Assembly: GCA_045224215.1 (NCBI GenBank)
Contig: JBGVAE010000093.1
Location: 113-64,112 of the forward strand
From: Candidatus Cryptobacteroides sp.
GTDB taxonomy: Bacteria; Bacteroidota; Bacteroidia; Bacteroidales; UBA932
Reading direction: 5' to 3'
Length of the DNA stretch: 64,000 nt
The notes beneath the pieces are model-generated. The model ran no database searches. It was not told the origin of the DNA and was given only the letters and a program-made list of their open reading frames with translations. Positions within the stretch are counted from its first letter, which is position 1, and each line of letters starts with the position of its first letter. This document shows, in pieces, positions 36,296 to 46,027 of this stretch. The translations under genes and the position numbers were made by a program.

Positions 36296-39200
36296 TTAAT
36301 TGCAAATTGGTTGCAAAATAAACTTAAATTCACGAGGTTGCGCATGAAGCCTATATTTCTCCAGAGGAAGGGCTCCCCATGAGTCGATGCCACCGAGACC
36401 CATCTGGATAAGGTCGAAATTGACGTAGGTAGTACCGTTCGATCTGTCGTTCTCATGAGCCAAAGCCTTGAGATTCAGCGAGTGACGCGGGTAACCCACT
36501 CCCTTGTTCGTCTTGTTGGCGCGTTCTGGAGTCCCGTCAACCGTGCAATCCAGATCCTTGATGGAGAACGGAAGCACAGAACCGGAGAAATTGACATCTG
36601 ACGTGATTGCCAGGCCGGTTCCATCCGGATCCATGACCTTGAGATAGCGCAGGTCGGTGTGGGTGCCGGATTCCTGGGAACGGACATAGCCATAATGGTA
36701 CTGCTCGTTGACAGTCTGGCGGTAAAGCCCGATCATCGCTGAAGTATTCCTGTCGAGATAATTTTCCCAAGGCCCACGGCCGAAGAATTCGATGTCGGAG
36801 AAATTGCCGGGCATCGCCAGTTTCATTCCGAACCGGAACAGGTCCGGTGCTTTGTCAAGCCCGCCGGCATCGGACATCGTTTCCTTGCCCAGGATAGTGC
36901 CGTCGCTACCGATGATATACACCATATTCACGGCCGCTGCACCATCGGCGATCGGCTTGTAGGCCACGGAGACCTTGTAGCAATCTCCTTCCTTAGTGAC
37001 ATCCATGGATCGAGGGACGAACTCAGGGTACCTCCAGACCTTGGATTTGTCATTGAGGCGTGCTCCCATGTCGTTCTCGGTCACCGCACGGGCGAATTCA
37101 GGCAGGAGCGGCTCTGACAGCACTTCCCTGCCACCGATCTTGTAACTTGCCAAGGCTCCGTCAGATGTCTTGAATGTCGCCTCCCAAGGCAAGACCCTGT
37201 CGCCGGCAGTACCGCAATGGCGGAAATGACCAGAGAAACGATGGGCGGAAATGTCAGAAGAGTCGTATGAGACCTGATCTCCCGCCACGGAGTCCCTGCC
37301 TACCATGGCTGCAATATCCCTGGAAGATGACTCCCGGATCGGAATCTGGTCGTATGCTATTTCGGTCCCTGCAGGCAGCAGTCCTTCACGAGTCTTGAGG
37401 ACATAGGAAACATTCAGGAACACTTCTTCGTCTCCTGGATAGTCCGAAGGGATGCCAATGGATATCCTTTCCGTCTTCTGCGGTGATACTTTAAGGTTCT
37501 CAACCACTCCGCTATGGGTCTTCTCGCCACCGACGGTAACGTCCCAGACCATGCGGTAATTGCTCAGATCCTTGAAGAAGAACTCGTTGGTAACGACCAG
37601 CTTACCGGCACCGCCATCTGCCGCGCCGGTCAGGATGTTCCTGTACTGATAGCGGATCTCGTAGGCGTGAGGATGCCAGGTGCGGTCGGCAGCTATAATT
37701 CCATTGCAGTTGAAAGAAGCGTCGGATGGGTCGAAATCATTGAAATCTCCACCGAATGCGAATATATGGTCGGTACCGCCTTCGTTTGAAGGCCAGCGCA
37801 GGGCCTGGTCCACGAAATCCCAGATGAAACCGCCCTGGAAGGACGGGTATTTCCTTATGATATCCCAATAATCCTTGAAATTCCCCACAGAGTTACCCAT
37901 CGCATGGGCATATTCGCAGAGGATCAGCGGCTTAGGTGGGTTGTTGGCGGCCTCCCTCTCGCAAGCTTCCGGAGTGGTGTACATAGGGCAGTGGATGTCA
38001 GTGTTCCTTCCCCCGCCGGTCCTTTCGTACTGCACCGGACGGGATGGATCATATGCCTTGATCCAGTCGTAGCAGACTGAGAAATTCTCTCCGTCTCCTG
38101 CCTCGTTACCCATGCTCCAGACTATTACTGAAGGGTGGTTGATGTCGCGGAGGACCATCCTCTGGTCCCTGATGAGGTGAGCGGCTTGGAAATCAGGCCT
38201 CTTGGCAAGAGTCTCCTTGCCGTAGCCCATTCCGTGGGATTCGATGTTGCCTTCGTCAACCAGGTAGAGACCGTATTTGTCGCAGAGTGCCAGCCAGACC
38301 GGGTCGTCAGGATAGTGGCAGGTACGGACTGCGTTGATGTTCAGCTCCTTCATGATGCGGATATCGCGGATCATGTCTGCCTCGGACACGACATATCCCT
38401 TGTATGGGTTCATTTCGTGACGGTCTGCTCCCTTGATGAGGATCGGTTTGCCATTGACGAGGAGCTGGGAGTTCTTGATTTCCACCGTTCGGAAGCCGAA
38501 ATCCACATCGGCAGATTCAATCAAGTCCTTCCTGCCGTAAGCTGCTACCTTAAGTGTGTATAATTCAGGAGTTTCCGCAGACCAGAGCCTTGGGTTCCCC
38601 ACGCTGCCGGAAACTACAGCCATCGATTTGCGAGGAGTTGCGGTTCCGGAATAAACGGACTTGCCTGCCTTGTCGACAATCTCGAATCTGACTTCCCTGA
38701 CTCCGGAAGTTACCAGAGCGGTGGCAGTGAATTTACCGTCCATCCCGGCTACGATATTGATGTCCTCAACCCTGTCTTTCTCGCGGGTATATACATACAT
38801 CCCGCGGGCGATTCCGGCAAAGCGGTTGAAGTCCTGGTCCTCGAGATAGGTGCCGTCGCACCAGCGGAATATCTCCATCGCAATCAGGTTCTCGCCCGGC
38901 TTTACGTATTTCGTGAGGTCGAAACGGGCTTCCAGCTTGCTGTCCTCGCTGTATCCGACCATCTTTCCGTTGACCCAGACCCGGACGTTGGAAGTAGCGG
39001 ATCCGATGCAAAGGCATATCTGCTTCCCGTTCCAGGAATCGTCCACGTTGAAGGTGCGCCTGTACTGACCAACGTAATTGTGCTCGGTGGCAGGATATGG
39101 CGGATTGTTCTGATAGTGACCGCGCCAAGGATAACCGATGTTAAGGTACATCGGATCCCCGTAGCCATTCAGTTCCCACATTCCCGGGACCGGCATCTCA

Positions 39201-39445
39201 CCCCAATCGGAATCATCGTAGGAAAGAGCCTCGAAGCCCTTGGTCCTGCCTTCTATGGACTCGTTCCAGTTGAACTTCCAGACTCCGTTCAAGGACAGGG
39301 TCTGCTGCTGATGGGTGACGAAAGTGGCGCGCATCGGCATCCTGTTCTCCTCATACACGTTGGGATCCTGCCAAGGCTCCATCTTCTGGGCGGAGAGCGG
39401 CAAGAAGGCTGCCAAAGCCATTACAAGCAAAAATAACTTCTTCAT
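36296..39445 (-). CDS. GH2 beta-galactosidase (LacZ-like), secreted
   Basis: LNGVWKF, GYSEDSK, KGADRHE, NAVRTCHYP, WSMGNEAG (acid/base), CEYAHAMGNS (nucleophile), GGFIWDFVDQ. Confidence 0.93.
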   Translation of the reverse strand: MKKLFLLVMALAAFLPLSAQKMEPWQDPNVYEENRMPMRATFVTHQQQTLSLNGVWKFNWNESIEGRTKGFEALSYDDSDWGEMPVPGMWELNGYGDPMYLNIGYPWRGHYQNNPPYPATEHNYVGQYRRTFNVDDSWNGKQICLCIGSATSNVRVWVNGKMVGYSEDSKLEARFDLTKYVKPGENLIAMEIFRWCDGTYLEDQDFNRFAGIARGMYVYTREKDRVEDINIVAGMDGKFTATALVTSGVREVRFEIVDKAGKSVYSGTATPRKSMAVVSGSVGNPRLWSAETPELYTLKVAAYGRKDLIESADVDFGFRTVEIKNSQLLVNGKPILIKGADRHEMNPYKGYVVSEADMIRDIRIMKELNINAVRTCHYPDDPVWLALCDKYGLYLVDEGNIESHGMGYGKETLAKRPDFQAAHLIRDQRMVLRDINHPSVIVWSMGNEAGDGENFSVCYDWIKAYDPSRPVQYERTGGGRNTDIHCPMYTTPEACEREAANNPPKPLILCEYAHAMGNSVGNFKDYWDIIRKYPSFQGGFIWDFVDQALRWPSNEGGTDHIFAFGGDFNDFDPSDASFNCNGIIAADRTWHPHAYEIRYQYRNILTGAADGGAGKLVVTNEFFFKDLSNYRMVWDVTVGGEKTHSGVVENLKVSPQKTERISIGIPSDYPGDEEVFLNVSYVLKTREGLLPAGTEIAYDQIPIRESSSRDIAAMVGRDSVAGDQVSYDSSDISAHRFSGHFRHCGTAGDRVLPWEATFKTSDGALASYKIGGREVLSEPLLPEFARAVTENDMGARLNDKSKVWRYPEFVPRSMDVTKEGDCYKVSVAYKPIADGAAAVNMVYIIGSDGTILGKETMSDAGGLDKAPDLFRFGMKLAMPGNFSDIEFFGRGPWENYLDRNTSAMIGLYRQTVNEQYHYGYVRSQESGTHTDLRYLKVMDPDGTGLAITSDVNFSGSVLPFSIKDLDCTVDGTPERANKTNKGVGYPRHSLNLKALAHENDRSNGTTYVNFDLIQMGLGGIDSWGALPLEKYRLHAQPREFKFILQPICN

Positions 39446-39452
39446 ATTCAGA

Positions 39453-41339
39453 TCATTGATTAATATTCAACAAAGTCACGGTTCCATCCATGGTCGAGGC
39501 AAGAATAAATATGCTTCCATCCTTTTCCCATGCCTCCAAAGGGTTGACCAGTGCTGCCGAGATCTTGCGCACCCACAGAGGTTTGCCATCAGAAGCATCG
39601 AAGGACAGCAGATTGCCTTTGTCGGTAGGCATCAGCACTTCCCCGCCAACCCTTTCGATGGAAGTAGGGGAAATGTCGTATCCGGCTCCTGTTTCCACGC
39701 TCCAGTCCATTTCCAGGGACGCTGCATCGATTGAAGATATCTTGTGGAACATGGACTTACAATATACCTTCCTGCCGTCGGGAGAAATGCCCACCGACTC
39801 GCGGCAGCTCCTCTCAAAGGTCTTGACTTCCCTGCCGGTGGCAGCGTCAAGTACGTAAAGCGTCCTGTCCGGCACTGCAATGAATATCCTGCCTTCCGAC
39901 TTCACGGGCCATACGGCAGCCGGGGAATACATCCGGGACGGCTTCTCACATTCCCAGACCCATTGCAGGCTTCCATCGCCAGGATCAAGGGAATATAACT
40001 TGTTCCCCCAGGTGCCGAACACGACCTGTGTGTCGTCGGCATAAGGCCGGCATTCCACGAAGCCTTCCACCCTGCCATATTCCCACAATGTCTTCCCGTT
40101 CTTCAGTTCCAGGGCCCTGAAACATCCATCCGAGGCTCCGATGAAAACGGTTCCTTTATATATTACAGGACTTGCGACGATTGACTTTCCTGTCCCATGC
40201 TTCCACCTCAACCTGCCGCTGTGCGGATTGAGAGCATAAACGTTCCCATCTGTGCATCCGAACACCAGATACCTGCCACAGACAGCTGGAGTGGAGAATA
40301 TCTTTCCCGGGAACTTCCTGGTCCACAGGATCTTCCCGTCTTTCAACGAAATGCACCGGACGTAACCCGAGGCTGTCGTGTACCAGGCCTTGCCTCCCTT
40401 CCTGGCGAATCCGGCAACGATGTTTGCGTTGTCGCTGAACTTCCATACCTCCGACACTTCCTCGCCGGAAGGAGATCGGCGGTCATTCACATCGTAACGC
40501 ATCCACGGATAGGCGGAAGGAAGGCCATGGGAATCATATCCCACCGTGTCAGCGACCGGGAGGAGCCTTTTGGCGAACCACGGTTCAAGCAGCACAGCCC
40601 CGCCCGGGTACAGACGTCTTTCGGACACGGTGACGCTGTCCTCCAGGATAGAGAATACAGAGTAACCAGGCTCCTTGCCAGTTGAAAGAGTGGACCTGCC
40701 GAGTACTCCCGGGATGCCACCGTAGTCCAGTACGGTATTCCTATGCCAGTGACCTCCGATGGCGAACCGTGTACCTAGTCTCTTGAGTTCCCTGGTGACA
40801 TCGAAGTAATTCAGAACCGATGAATCCTGAGGATAATGATTCACGAATATAGTCCTGTCACTCGGGCCGAGACCTTTCAGCCATTCCATACTCTCGCGCG
40901 GGATCAGTGCTGGGGCCATCCTCATGTCCGGGCCGCAATTGCAGCCTATGAAGCGCCAGCCCTTGCATTCAAACTCGAAACTCTCATAGCCAAAGACCTC
41001 CTTGAAGGTATTGCAACCACTCTCGGACCATTTCGCATCGTGGTTCCCGGCTACGACATAATAGCGAAGCTTGAGGGAATCCAACATCTTCTTTACGGAG
41101 GAGATCTCTTCATCCGCACCGAAATCCGTAAGGTCCCCGCCTATGAGGATGAAGTCCAAACCACCAAGGGAATTTACGTCGGCGATGCATCTCCTCAGAT
41201 CCTCCACCGATCTGCCACCTTCCGAATAATGGAGGTCGGTAAGGAGGGCGAACCTTAGCGTCTCTTCCTGGGCTGAAGAGACGGAGGCAGAGATAGTTAA
41301 GGCGGAAATGAACGCCGCTACGAGGAACTTAAGGTTCAT
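39453..41339 (-). CDS. Secreted calcineurin-like metallophosphoesterase fused to a PQQ-like beta-propeller
   Basis: DLH, GGDLTD, GNHD, GGHWH motifs, followed by repeated (V/F)YAL....G...W propeller blades. Confidence 0.85.
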   Translation of the reverse strand: MNLKFLVAAFISALTISASVSSAQEETLRFALLTDLHYSEGGRSVEDLRRCIADVNSLGGLDFILIGGDLTDFGADEEISSVKKMLDSLKLRYYVVAGNHDAKWSESGCNTFKEVFGYESFEFECKGWRFIGCNCGPDMRMAPALIPRESMEWLKGLGPSDRTIFVNHYPQDSSVLNYFDVTRELKRLGTRFAIGGHWHRNTVLDYGGIPGVLGRSTLSTGKEPGYSVFSILEDSVTVSERRLYPGGAVLLEPWFAKRLLPVADTVGYDSHGLPSAYPWMRYDVNDRRSPSGEEVSEVWKFSDNANIVAGFARKGGKAWYTTASGYVRCISLKDGKILWTRKFPGKIFSTPAVCGRYLVFGCTDGNVYALNPHSGRLRWKHGTGKSIVASPVIYKGTVFIGASDGCFRALELKNGKTLWEYGRVEGFVECRPYADDTQVVFGTWGNKLYSLDPGDGSLQWVWECEKPSRMYSPAAVWPVKSEGRIFIAVPDRTLYVLDAATGREVKTFERSCRESVGISPDGRKVYCKSMFHKISSIDAASLEMDWSVETGAGYDISPTSIERVGGEVLMPTDKGNLLSFDASDGKPLWVRKISAALVNPLEAWEKDGSIFILASTMDGTVTLLNINQ

Positions 41340-41486
41340 CCGTGAAATGGATATTGGTTATTTCAGTCTGGAACTACAAATTTACAGAAAAAACATCACA
41401 TGATGAAAGTCCAACCACTTAAAAACGATCATCTATCCCAGTCCTCCGACTCAGATGCCGACGAGTTCGGCATTTAGCCCAAATAA

Positions 41487-41517
41487 TTTGCGGATAAAAG
41501 AAAAAACACTATATTTG
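41487..41517 (+). promoter_or_regulatory. Canonical Bacteroidota promoter for tRNA-Cys
   Basis: TTTG (41487-41490), 19-nt spacer, TATATTTG (41510-41517). Confidence 0.8.
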
Positions 41518-41533
41518 CAGTCCAACGAATATT

Positions 41534-41604
41534 GGTGCTTTGGCCGAGCGGTTAGGCACAGGTCTGCAAAACCTGCTACAGCGGTTCGATTCCGCTAGGC
41601 ACCT
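41534..41604 (+). tRNA. tRNA-Cys (GCA)
   Basis: Acceptor GGTGCTT/AGGCACC, anticodon arm CAGGT-CTGCAAA-ACCTG, T-arm GCGG-TTCGATT-CCGC, discriminator U; CCA not encoded. Confidence 0.95.
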
Positions 41605-41675
41605 CAGAACAAGATGCGAACTCCGTATCGACACCGGAAATACAGACTATCTATTTGAAAGAAGACCGATTCTAA

Positions 41676-42875
41676 CTACTCCACGTACAGTAGCAGTCCT
41701 TTGAGGTACTCGCCTTCGGGGTGGTAGATGTTCACTGCGTGGTCGGCAGGCTGGTTGAGGCGGTCGAGGATACGGACGGAACGGCCTGTCTGGGCCGCGG
41801 CAGAGAATACTGCCAATGCGAAAGCCTCCTTGTCAACAACCTGCGAGCAGCTGAAAGTGAATACAAGACCTCCGGGCGCCACTTTGGAAATAGCGGCAGC
41901 GTTGAGCCTCTGATAAGCCCTCAATGCATTGTTAAGCGATCCCCTATGCTTGGCGAATGCAGGCGGATCGACTATTATCAGATCATATTTGTCCTCCGGA
42001 ACGTCGTGGAGGAACTCAATGGCGTCGGCACAATAGCCTGTGTGGAGGGACGGATCGAAGCCATTCAGAGCGATATTCCTTTCAACCATCTCAACTGCCT
42101 TCTTCGAACTGTCCACCGAATCACAGTGGACGGCACCTGCTGCCAGGGCATACACGGAGAAGCCTCCGGTATAGCAGAAAAGATTCAGGACATTCCTGCC
42201 GGAGGAATACTTGCCTACGAGGGCACGGTTATCCCTCTGGTCGAGGAAGAAACCTGTTTTCTGGCCTTCGGTCCAGTTGACATAGAACTTGTTGGAATTC
42301 TCAAGCACAACCTGCTCGTCATCCGAGAATCCGGGAGCCTTGTACAGGTAGCCGTCCACCAGTTCCAGTCCGGCCTTGAAAGGTGCAGTTCCGGAACTCT
42401 TGTCGTAAACAGCCTTAAGGGAATCCCCATATACCTTCTTCAGGGCATCGCAGATGGCGCTCTTTGCCCTGAACATACCCACCGAATGGGCCTGAAGCAC
42501 GCAAACCCCGTCGTAATAGTCGATGATAAGGCCCGGCAGGCCGTCGCCTTCCCCATGGACGAGGCGGTAGCAGTTGGTAGGACCCGTACCGGAAGCAAGC
42601 CCTGAAGACTGCCGTACCTTGAGGGCACGGGAAATCATATTCACCCAAAAATCAGGTCCCAGGACATCCTCGCCGGAAAAACTGAGTATCCTTACGGCAA
42701 TCGAGCCTATCTGGTAATGCCCGTATGCAAGGAATTCTCCTTCCTGGGAAAAGACTCCCACGATGTCACCTTCAGCCGGCTCTCCGACTATCTGGGCGAT
42801 TGCACCGGAGAATACCCACGGATGGTAGCGACGCAGGGACTCATCCCTGCCTCTTTTCAGGATTATCTTTGTCAT
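41676..42875 (-). CDS. rlmI: RlmI-like 23S rRNA m5C methyltransferase
   Basis: HPWVFSGAI PUA domain, HGEGDGLPGL, GQKTGFFLDQRDNR, LNLFCYTGGF, DPPAF, FSCS, EGEYLK. Confidence 0.9.
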   Translation of the reverse strand: MTKIILKRGRDESLRRYHPWVFSGAIAQIVGEPAEGDIVGVFSQEGEFLAYGHYQIGSIAVRILSFSGEDVLGPDFWVNMISRALKVRQSSGLASGTGPTNCYRLVHGEGDGLPGLIIDYYDGVCVLQAHSVGMFRAKSAICDALKKVYGDSLKAVYDKSSGTAPFKAGLELVDGYLYKAPGFSDDEQVVLENSNKFYVNWTEGQKTGFFLDQRDNRALVGKYSSGRNVLNLFCYTGGFSVYALAAGAVHCDSVDSSKKAVEMVERNIALNGFDPSLHTGYCADAIEFLHDVPEDKYDLIIVDPPAFAKHRGSLNNALRAYQRLNAAAISKVAPGGLVFTFSCSQVVDKEAFALAVFSAAAQTGRSVRILDRLNQPADHAVNIYHPEGEYLKGLLLYVE

Positions 42876-43512
42876 TGTTCTGGTTTTTAGGAGGATTCGG
42901 GAGCATCTGTTCAGGAGTGAGAGGATGCTTCTCGGAAGAGAGCAATTTCAAGTACATCTCCCTGCACACCCAGGCGTCGGTTGCAGCATAAGCCTGCTGT
43001 GCATCGGACAGTTTTTCGGCTTCCCAGTTGGAAAGCTGCTGGGTCTTAGAAATCCTTATGTCCATGATTATCGCAGACATCTTCTTGACGCTCTTGTCCT
43101 TGATCCCATACTCCCAGACGTTTTTCTGGAGGTCCACGAATGCCTTCGGAGTGAAATCGTGATGCTTTTCCAATCCGCGGACATCATCATTCACGGCTGC
43201 CCCGACCTTTATGATATTCTCATCGGAAAGTATTTTCCTCAAGGCTTTAGGAATGTCACCCATCAGCTTTATCCTGAACAGGAAGGCTCTCTCCTTTCCG
43301 GACAGTTGGAGCAGCGAAACTCCGTAATGCGGCTGTCCCGGGGAGAAACACGGTCTGGACTCGGTGTCAAAACCGATGACTGTCTGTCTCTTAAGATATC
43401 TGATAGCTCGGAAGAAGTCGAGTCCGATGCTATCGATGACTTCGATCTTTCCGGGAAAACTTGCCGGTGGCAGCTGCTCTATCTCTTCAGGACTAATGCT
43501 TATCTTGTACAT
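42841..43512 (-). CDS. 3'-5' exonuclease domain protein (WRN/RNase D-like DEDDy)
   Basis: IGFDTESRP, LLQL, KVGAAVNDD, SNWE...LSDAQQAYAATDAW. Confidence 0.88.
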   Translation of the reverse strand: MYKISISPEEIEQLPPASFPGKIEVIDSIGLDFFRAIRYLKRQTVIGFDTESRPCFSPGQPHYGVSLLQLSGKERAFLFRIKLMGDIPKALRKILSDENIIKVGAAVNDDVRGLEKHHDFTPKAFVDLQKNVWEYGIKDKSVKKMSAIIMDIRISKTQQLSNWEAEKLSDAQQAYAATDAWVCREMYLKLLSSEKHPLTPEQMLPNPPKNQNNDKDNPEKRQG

Positions 43513-44260
43513 GTGAGATAAAGGTGTTTGGAGCTATTACTCCTACAGTGTCAGGGAATGAAGCCGGAACAAGCCTCTCGTTGAAGCGGATGGCCATCAG
43601 AGAGGAGTTGTCAATGTCCGGGATGGTCATCATCAGCTTGGCGGAAGGATAGGCGATATTATGTGTGAACATCTTCTTGTCCCGCATCAAAGTAAAGCAG
43701 GCATCGGTGAATGAATATGATGTGTCCGTGGAATACAGGACCGGGACATCGCAGTTCAACTTTTCAAAAAGCTCGCTCACGTCATCACCTCCGTTTTCAG
43801 CGAGCAGTGGTGAGCAGAGGATCAGCAACTTGCAGCTGACTGAAGTGTCAATGGCGGCAAGGGCATTCCTGACCGCGGTTTCCCTTAGGAATAACCTTCC
43901 CTCTTCAGTGCCGGGAACGGAGTCGTATGGTGCATTGACGAAATCCAGGATCGTAACGATGGTCTCTCCTGCAAAATCCGGAAGGCCGTCCTCCACGCGC
44001 CTGGCATCGACGTTGTCAAAATCATCTGAAAGCATCATCTTTTCACTGAGCTGGAGACCCAGTTTCGGATCTCCTGCTATCACGATCGGGCCGGAAGTCT
44101 TGCCTGCCAGACGTACCATTCTCTGAAGGTCAGCGGAAGGATCCGAAACAAGTTCCTCTACAAGCCCGAGAGTGTCGGAAGTGGTCTCCACCTTCCTGCC
44201 ACAACCTGCCGGCGCAAGGAAAATGGCAAGGAACAATATTGCCGTTATTAATCTCTTCAC
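43493..44260 (-). CDS. Hypothetical lipoprotein, possibly a degenerate Asp/Glu racemase N-domain
   Basis: Lipobox APAGC; PIVIAGD..LGL, DGLPDFAGETIVTILDFVNAPY and KLLILCS are spaced like racemase blocks. Function inferred only. Confidence 0.6.
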   Translation of the reverse strand: MKRLITAILFLAIFLAPAGCGRKVETTSDTLGLVEELVSDPSADLQRMVRLAGKTSGPIVIAGDPKLGLQLSEKMMLSDDFDNVDARRVEDGLPDFAGETIVTILDFVNAPYDSVPGTEEGRLFLRETAVRNALAAIDTSVSCKLLILCSPLLAENGGDDVSELFEKLNCDVPVLYSTDTSYSFTDACFTLMRDKKMFTHNIAYPSAKLMMTIPDIDNSSLMAIRFNERLVPASFPDTVGVIAPNTFISHVQDKH

Positions 44261-44319
44261 TGTGTCTAAATGTCTGGAATATCTGCAAAGGTAAAAAAAT
44301 CTTCACTATCTTTGAAGAT

Positions 44320-45447
44320 ATGAGAGCAATAATCGCTATGGATTCCTTCAAGGGCTGCCTTTCTTCCTCCGAGGCGGGGGACGCCGCCCTCAGGGCATTC
44401 CCGGAGAACGAGGCCATGACAATCCCTGTGTCCGATGGAGGAGAAGGCTTCTCCATGGTCCTCACAGACTTACTTGGAGGAGAATACAGGAAAGTCCGGT
44501 GCTCAGATCCACTTGGCCGTCCTGTGGAAGCCTCTTACGGACTGGTTCGGAACGGGCACATCGCCGTGATTGAAACGGCGGCTGCCAGCGGACTCGGAAG
44601 GCTCCTTCCCGAGGAACGGAATCCTTTGGCTGCCAGCACATTCGGAACCGGAGAACTGATGGCGGACGCTCTGGACGAGGGTGTAGATGAAATCTGGCTG
44701 GGGTTGGGAGGCAGCGCTACTTGCGACGGCGGTACAGGCCTTCTACAAGCCCTTGGATACCGTTTCATCACCTCCGGAGGCATCCTTGAAGACGGGCACA
44801 CAGTTCTCGGGAATATCATCCAGATAGATTCTTCCCATCGACACAAAGCCTTGCCCAGATGCAGGATAAAGGGATTCTACGATGTCTCCGTACCGTTCTG
44901 TGGCACAGGAGGTTCCGCCCCCATGTTCGCACCTCAGAAAGGAGCCGGAGAAGGGATGGTCGAGGCTCTGGACGGATGGATGAGCCGGTTATGCGATGTC
45001 TATTCACGTTTCTCGGGAAGGGAGATAAGGTCTACTCCCGGATCGGGAGCGGCAGGTGGTCTTGGTGGTGCACTGAGAGCGATGCTTGGGGCTTCGATGA
45101 CTCCTGGAATATGGCAAGTCCTGGAGACTTCCGATATAGGAAGGGCTCTCGATACCTGCGACCTGGTGATAACGGGCGAAGGAAAATCAGACATACAGAC
45201 CTTGTGCGGCAAGGTCCCTTTCGGAGTTCTTGAATATGTCCGGAGATATGATCATGAGTGTGGCGGTCAAAGACGGACGAAGGTCATCTTGCTGGCAGGC
45301 CAGATATCTGACAGACAGGAACTTCTGGATGCCGGATTCGACGAGGTCCTGCAATCCACTCCGCAGGGGATGCCGCTGGAAGAAGCGCTGGAACCAAGGA
45401 CGGCGATGAAAAACATCACTTCAGCATTGAGCGGATCTTTGGGATGA
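44320..45447 (+). CDS. Glycerate kinase (class I, GlxK/GarK family)
   Basis: IIAMDSFKG, PVSDGGEG, ETAAASGL, STFGTGE, GLGGSATCDGG, GAAGGLG, ITGEG. Start 44320 (ORF track 44239). Confidence 0.92.
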   Translation: MRAIIAMDSFKGCLSSSEAGDAALRAFPENEAMTIPVSDGGEGFSMVLTDLLGGEYRKVRCSDPLGRPVEASYGLVRNGHIAVIETAAASGLGRLLPEERNPLAASTFGTGELMADALDEGVDEIWLGLGGSATCDGGTGLLQALGYRFITSGGILEDGHTVLGNIIQIDSSHRHKALPRCRIKGFYDVSVPFCGTGGSAPMFAPQKGAGEGMVEALDGWMSRLCDVYSRFSGREIRSTPGSGAAGGLGGALRAMLGASMTPGIWQVLETSDIGRALDTCDLVITGEGKSDIQTLCGKVPFGVLEYVRRYDHECGGQRRTKVILLAGQISDRQELLDAGFDEVLQSTPQGMPLEEALEPRTAMKNITSALSGSLG

Positions 45448-46027
45448 GGAGGCTGTGGATGTATTCCTCCTCCATGAAATGAGTCCCGTCATAAACTGTC
45501 CAGGTACCCTCTCCGAAACACTTTTTCCATTTCCTGATGGACACAACACCGTACTTCCTGTAATGGTCGCGTGTCCCGAAGAACGCGTAGTAATAATCAT
45601 TGCTGTCAAAGACAAGCGGCTTCCATTTAAGCAAGGTCCTGCGATCGAAATGGAGGGCCTGGCGGTCGCCTTCCTTGGGATGGAAATGCCTGTCGAAGAA
45701 AGCCGTCACCCCGGGGATCCAGGCGATTGCCGCAATGATCCTGAAAAATATCGGAGCATTCAGGGATGGGGAAACCAGCAAATGGGGATAGCCTCTCAAA
45801 GCTATGGCATGGATGGCACCCATGCTCTCCCCTATTACGAGGTCGGGTTTGGTTTCTTCCGCCCAAGCCGATAACTGCCGGCCGGCAACCTGAGGGTCAA
45901 AGTCGTAAGTCCTGATAACCACCCGGAAACCATTTCCAAGATTGTCTCGCAGGATGGACGGAATGCGGCTGTCGCCTCCCCCGCCCATTCCGTGGACATA
46001 AAGGATTGTCTTAGGCTCACCCATCAA
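45416..46027 (-). CDS. Alpha/beta-hydrolase, YqiA-like esterase
   Basis: ILYVHGMGG, GESMG nucleophile elbow, LLVSPS, D and H in the C-terminal part. Confidence 0.75.
   Translation of the reverse strand: MMGEPKTILYVHGMGGGGDSRIPSILRDNLGNGFRVVIRTYDFDPQVAGRQLSAWAEETKPDLVIGESMGAIHAIALRGYPHLLVSPSLNAPIFFRIIAAIAWIPGVTAFFDRHFHPKEGDRQALHFDRRTLLKWKPLVFDSNDYYYAFFGTRDHYRKYGVVSIRKWKKCFGEGTWTVYDGTHFMEEEYIHSLLIPKIRSMLK

Noticed and set aside
36300-36316. TTGCAA-N5-TTGCAA upstream of the ompA promoter
   Set aside because: Short, AT-rich, inside the end of the GH2 gene, with no convincing second instance at the same spacing.
41400-41477. 25-codon ORF MMKVQPLKNDHLSQSSDSDADEFGI and the ATGCCGA/TCGGCAT hairpin
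   Set aside because: No clear promoter or motif; the hairpin alone is too little to call a feature.
41604-41675. tRNA-Cys as an integration site
   Set aside because: No integrase, duplicated tRNA 3' end or compositional shift follows; rlmI ends about 70 bp away.
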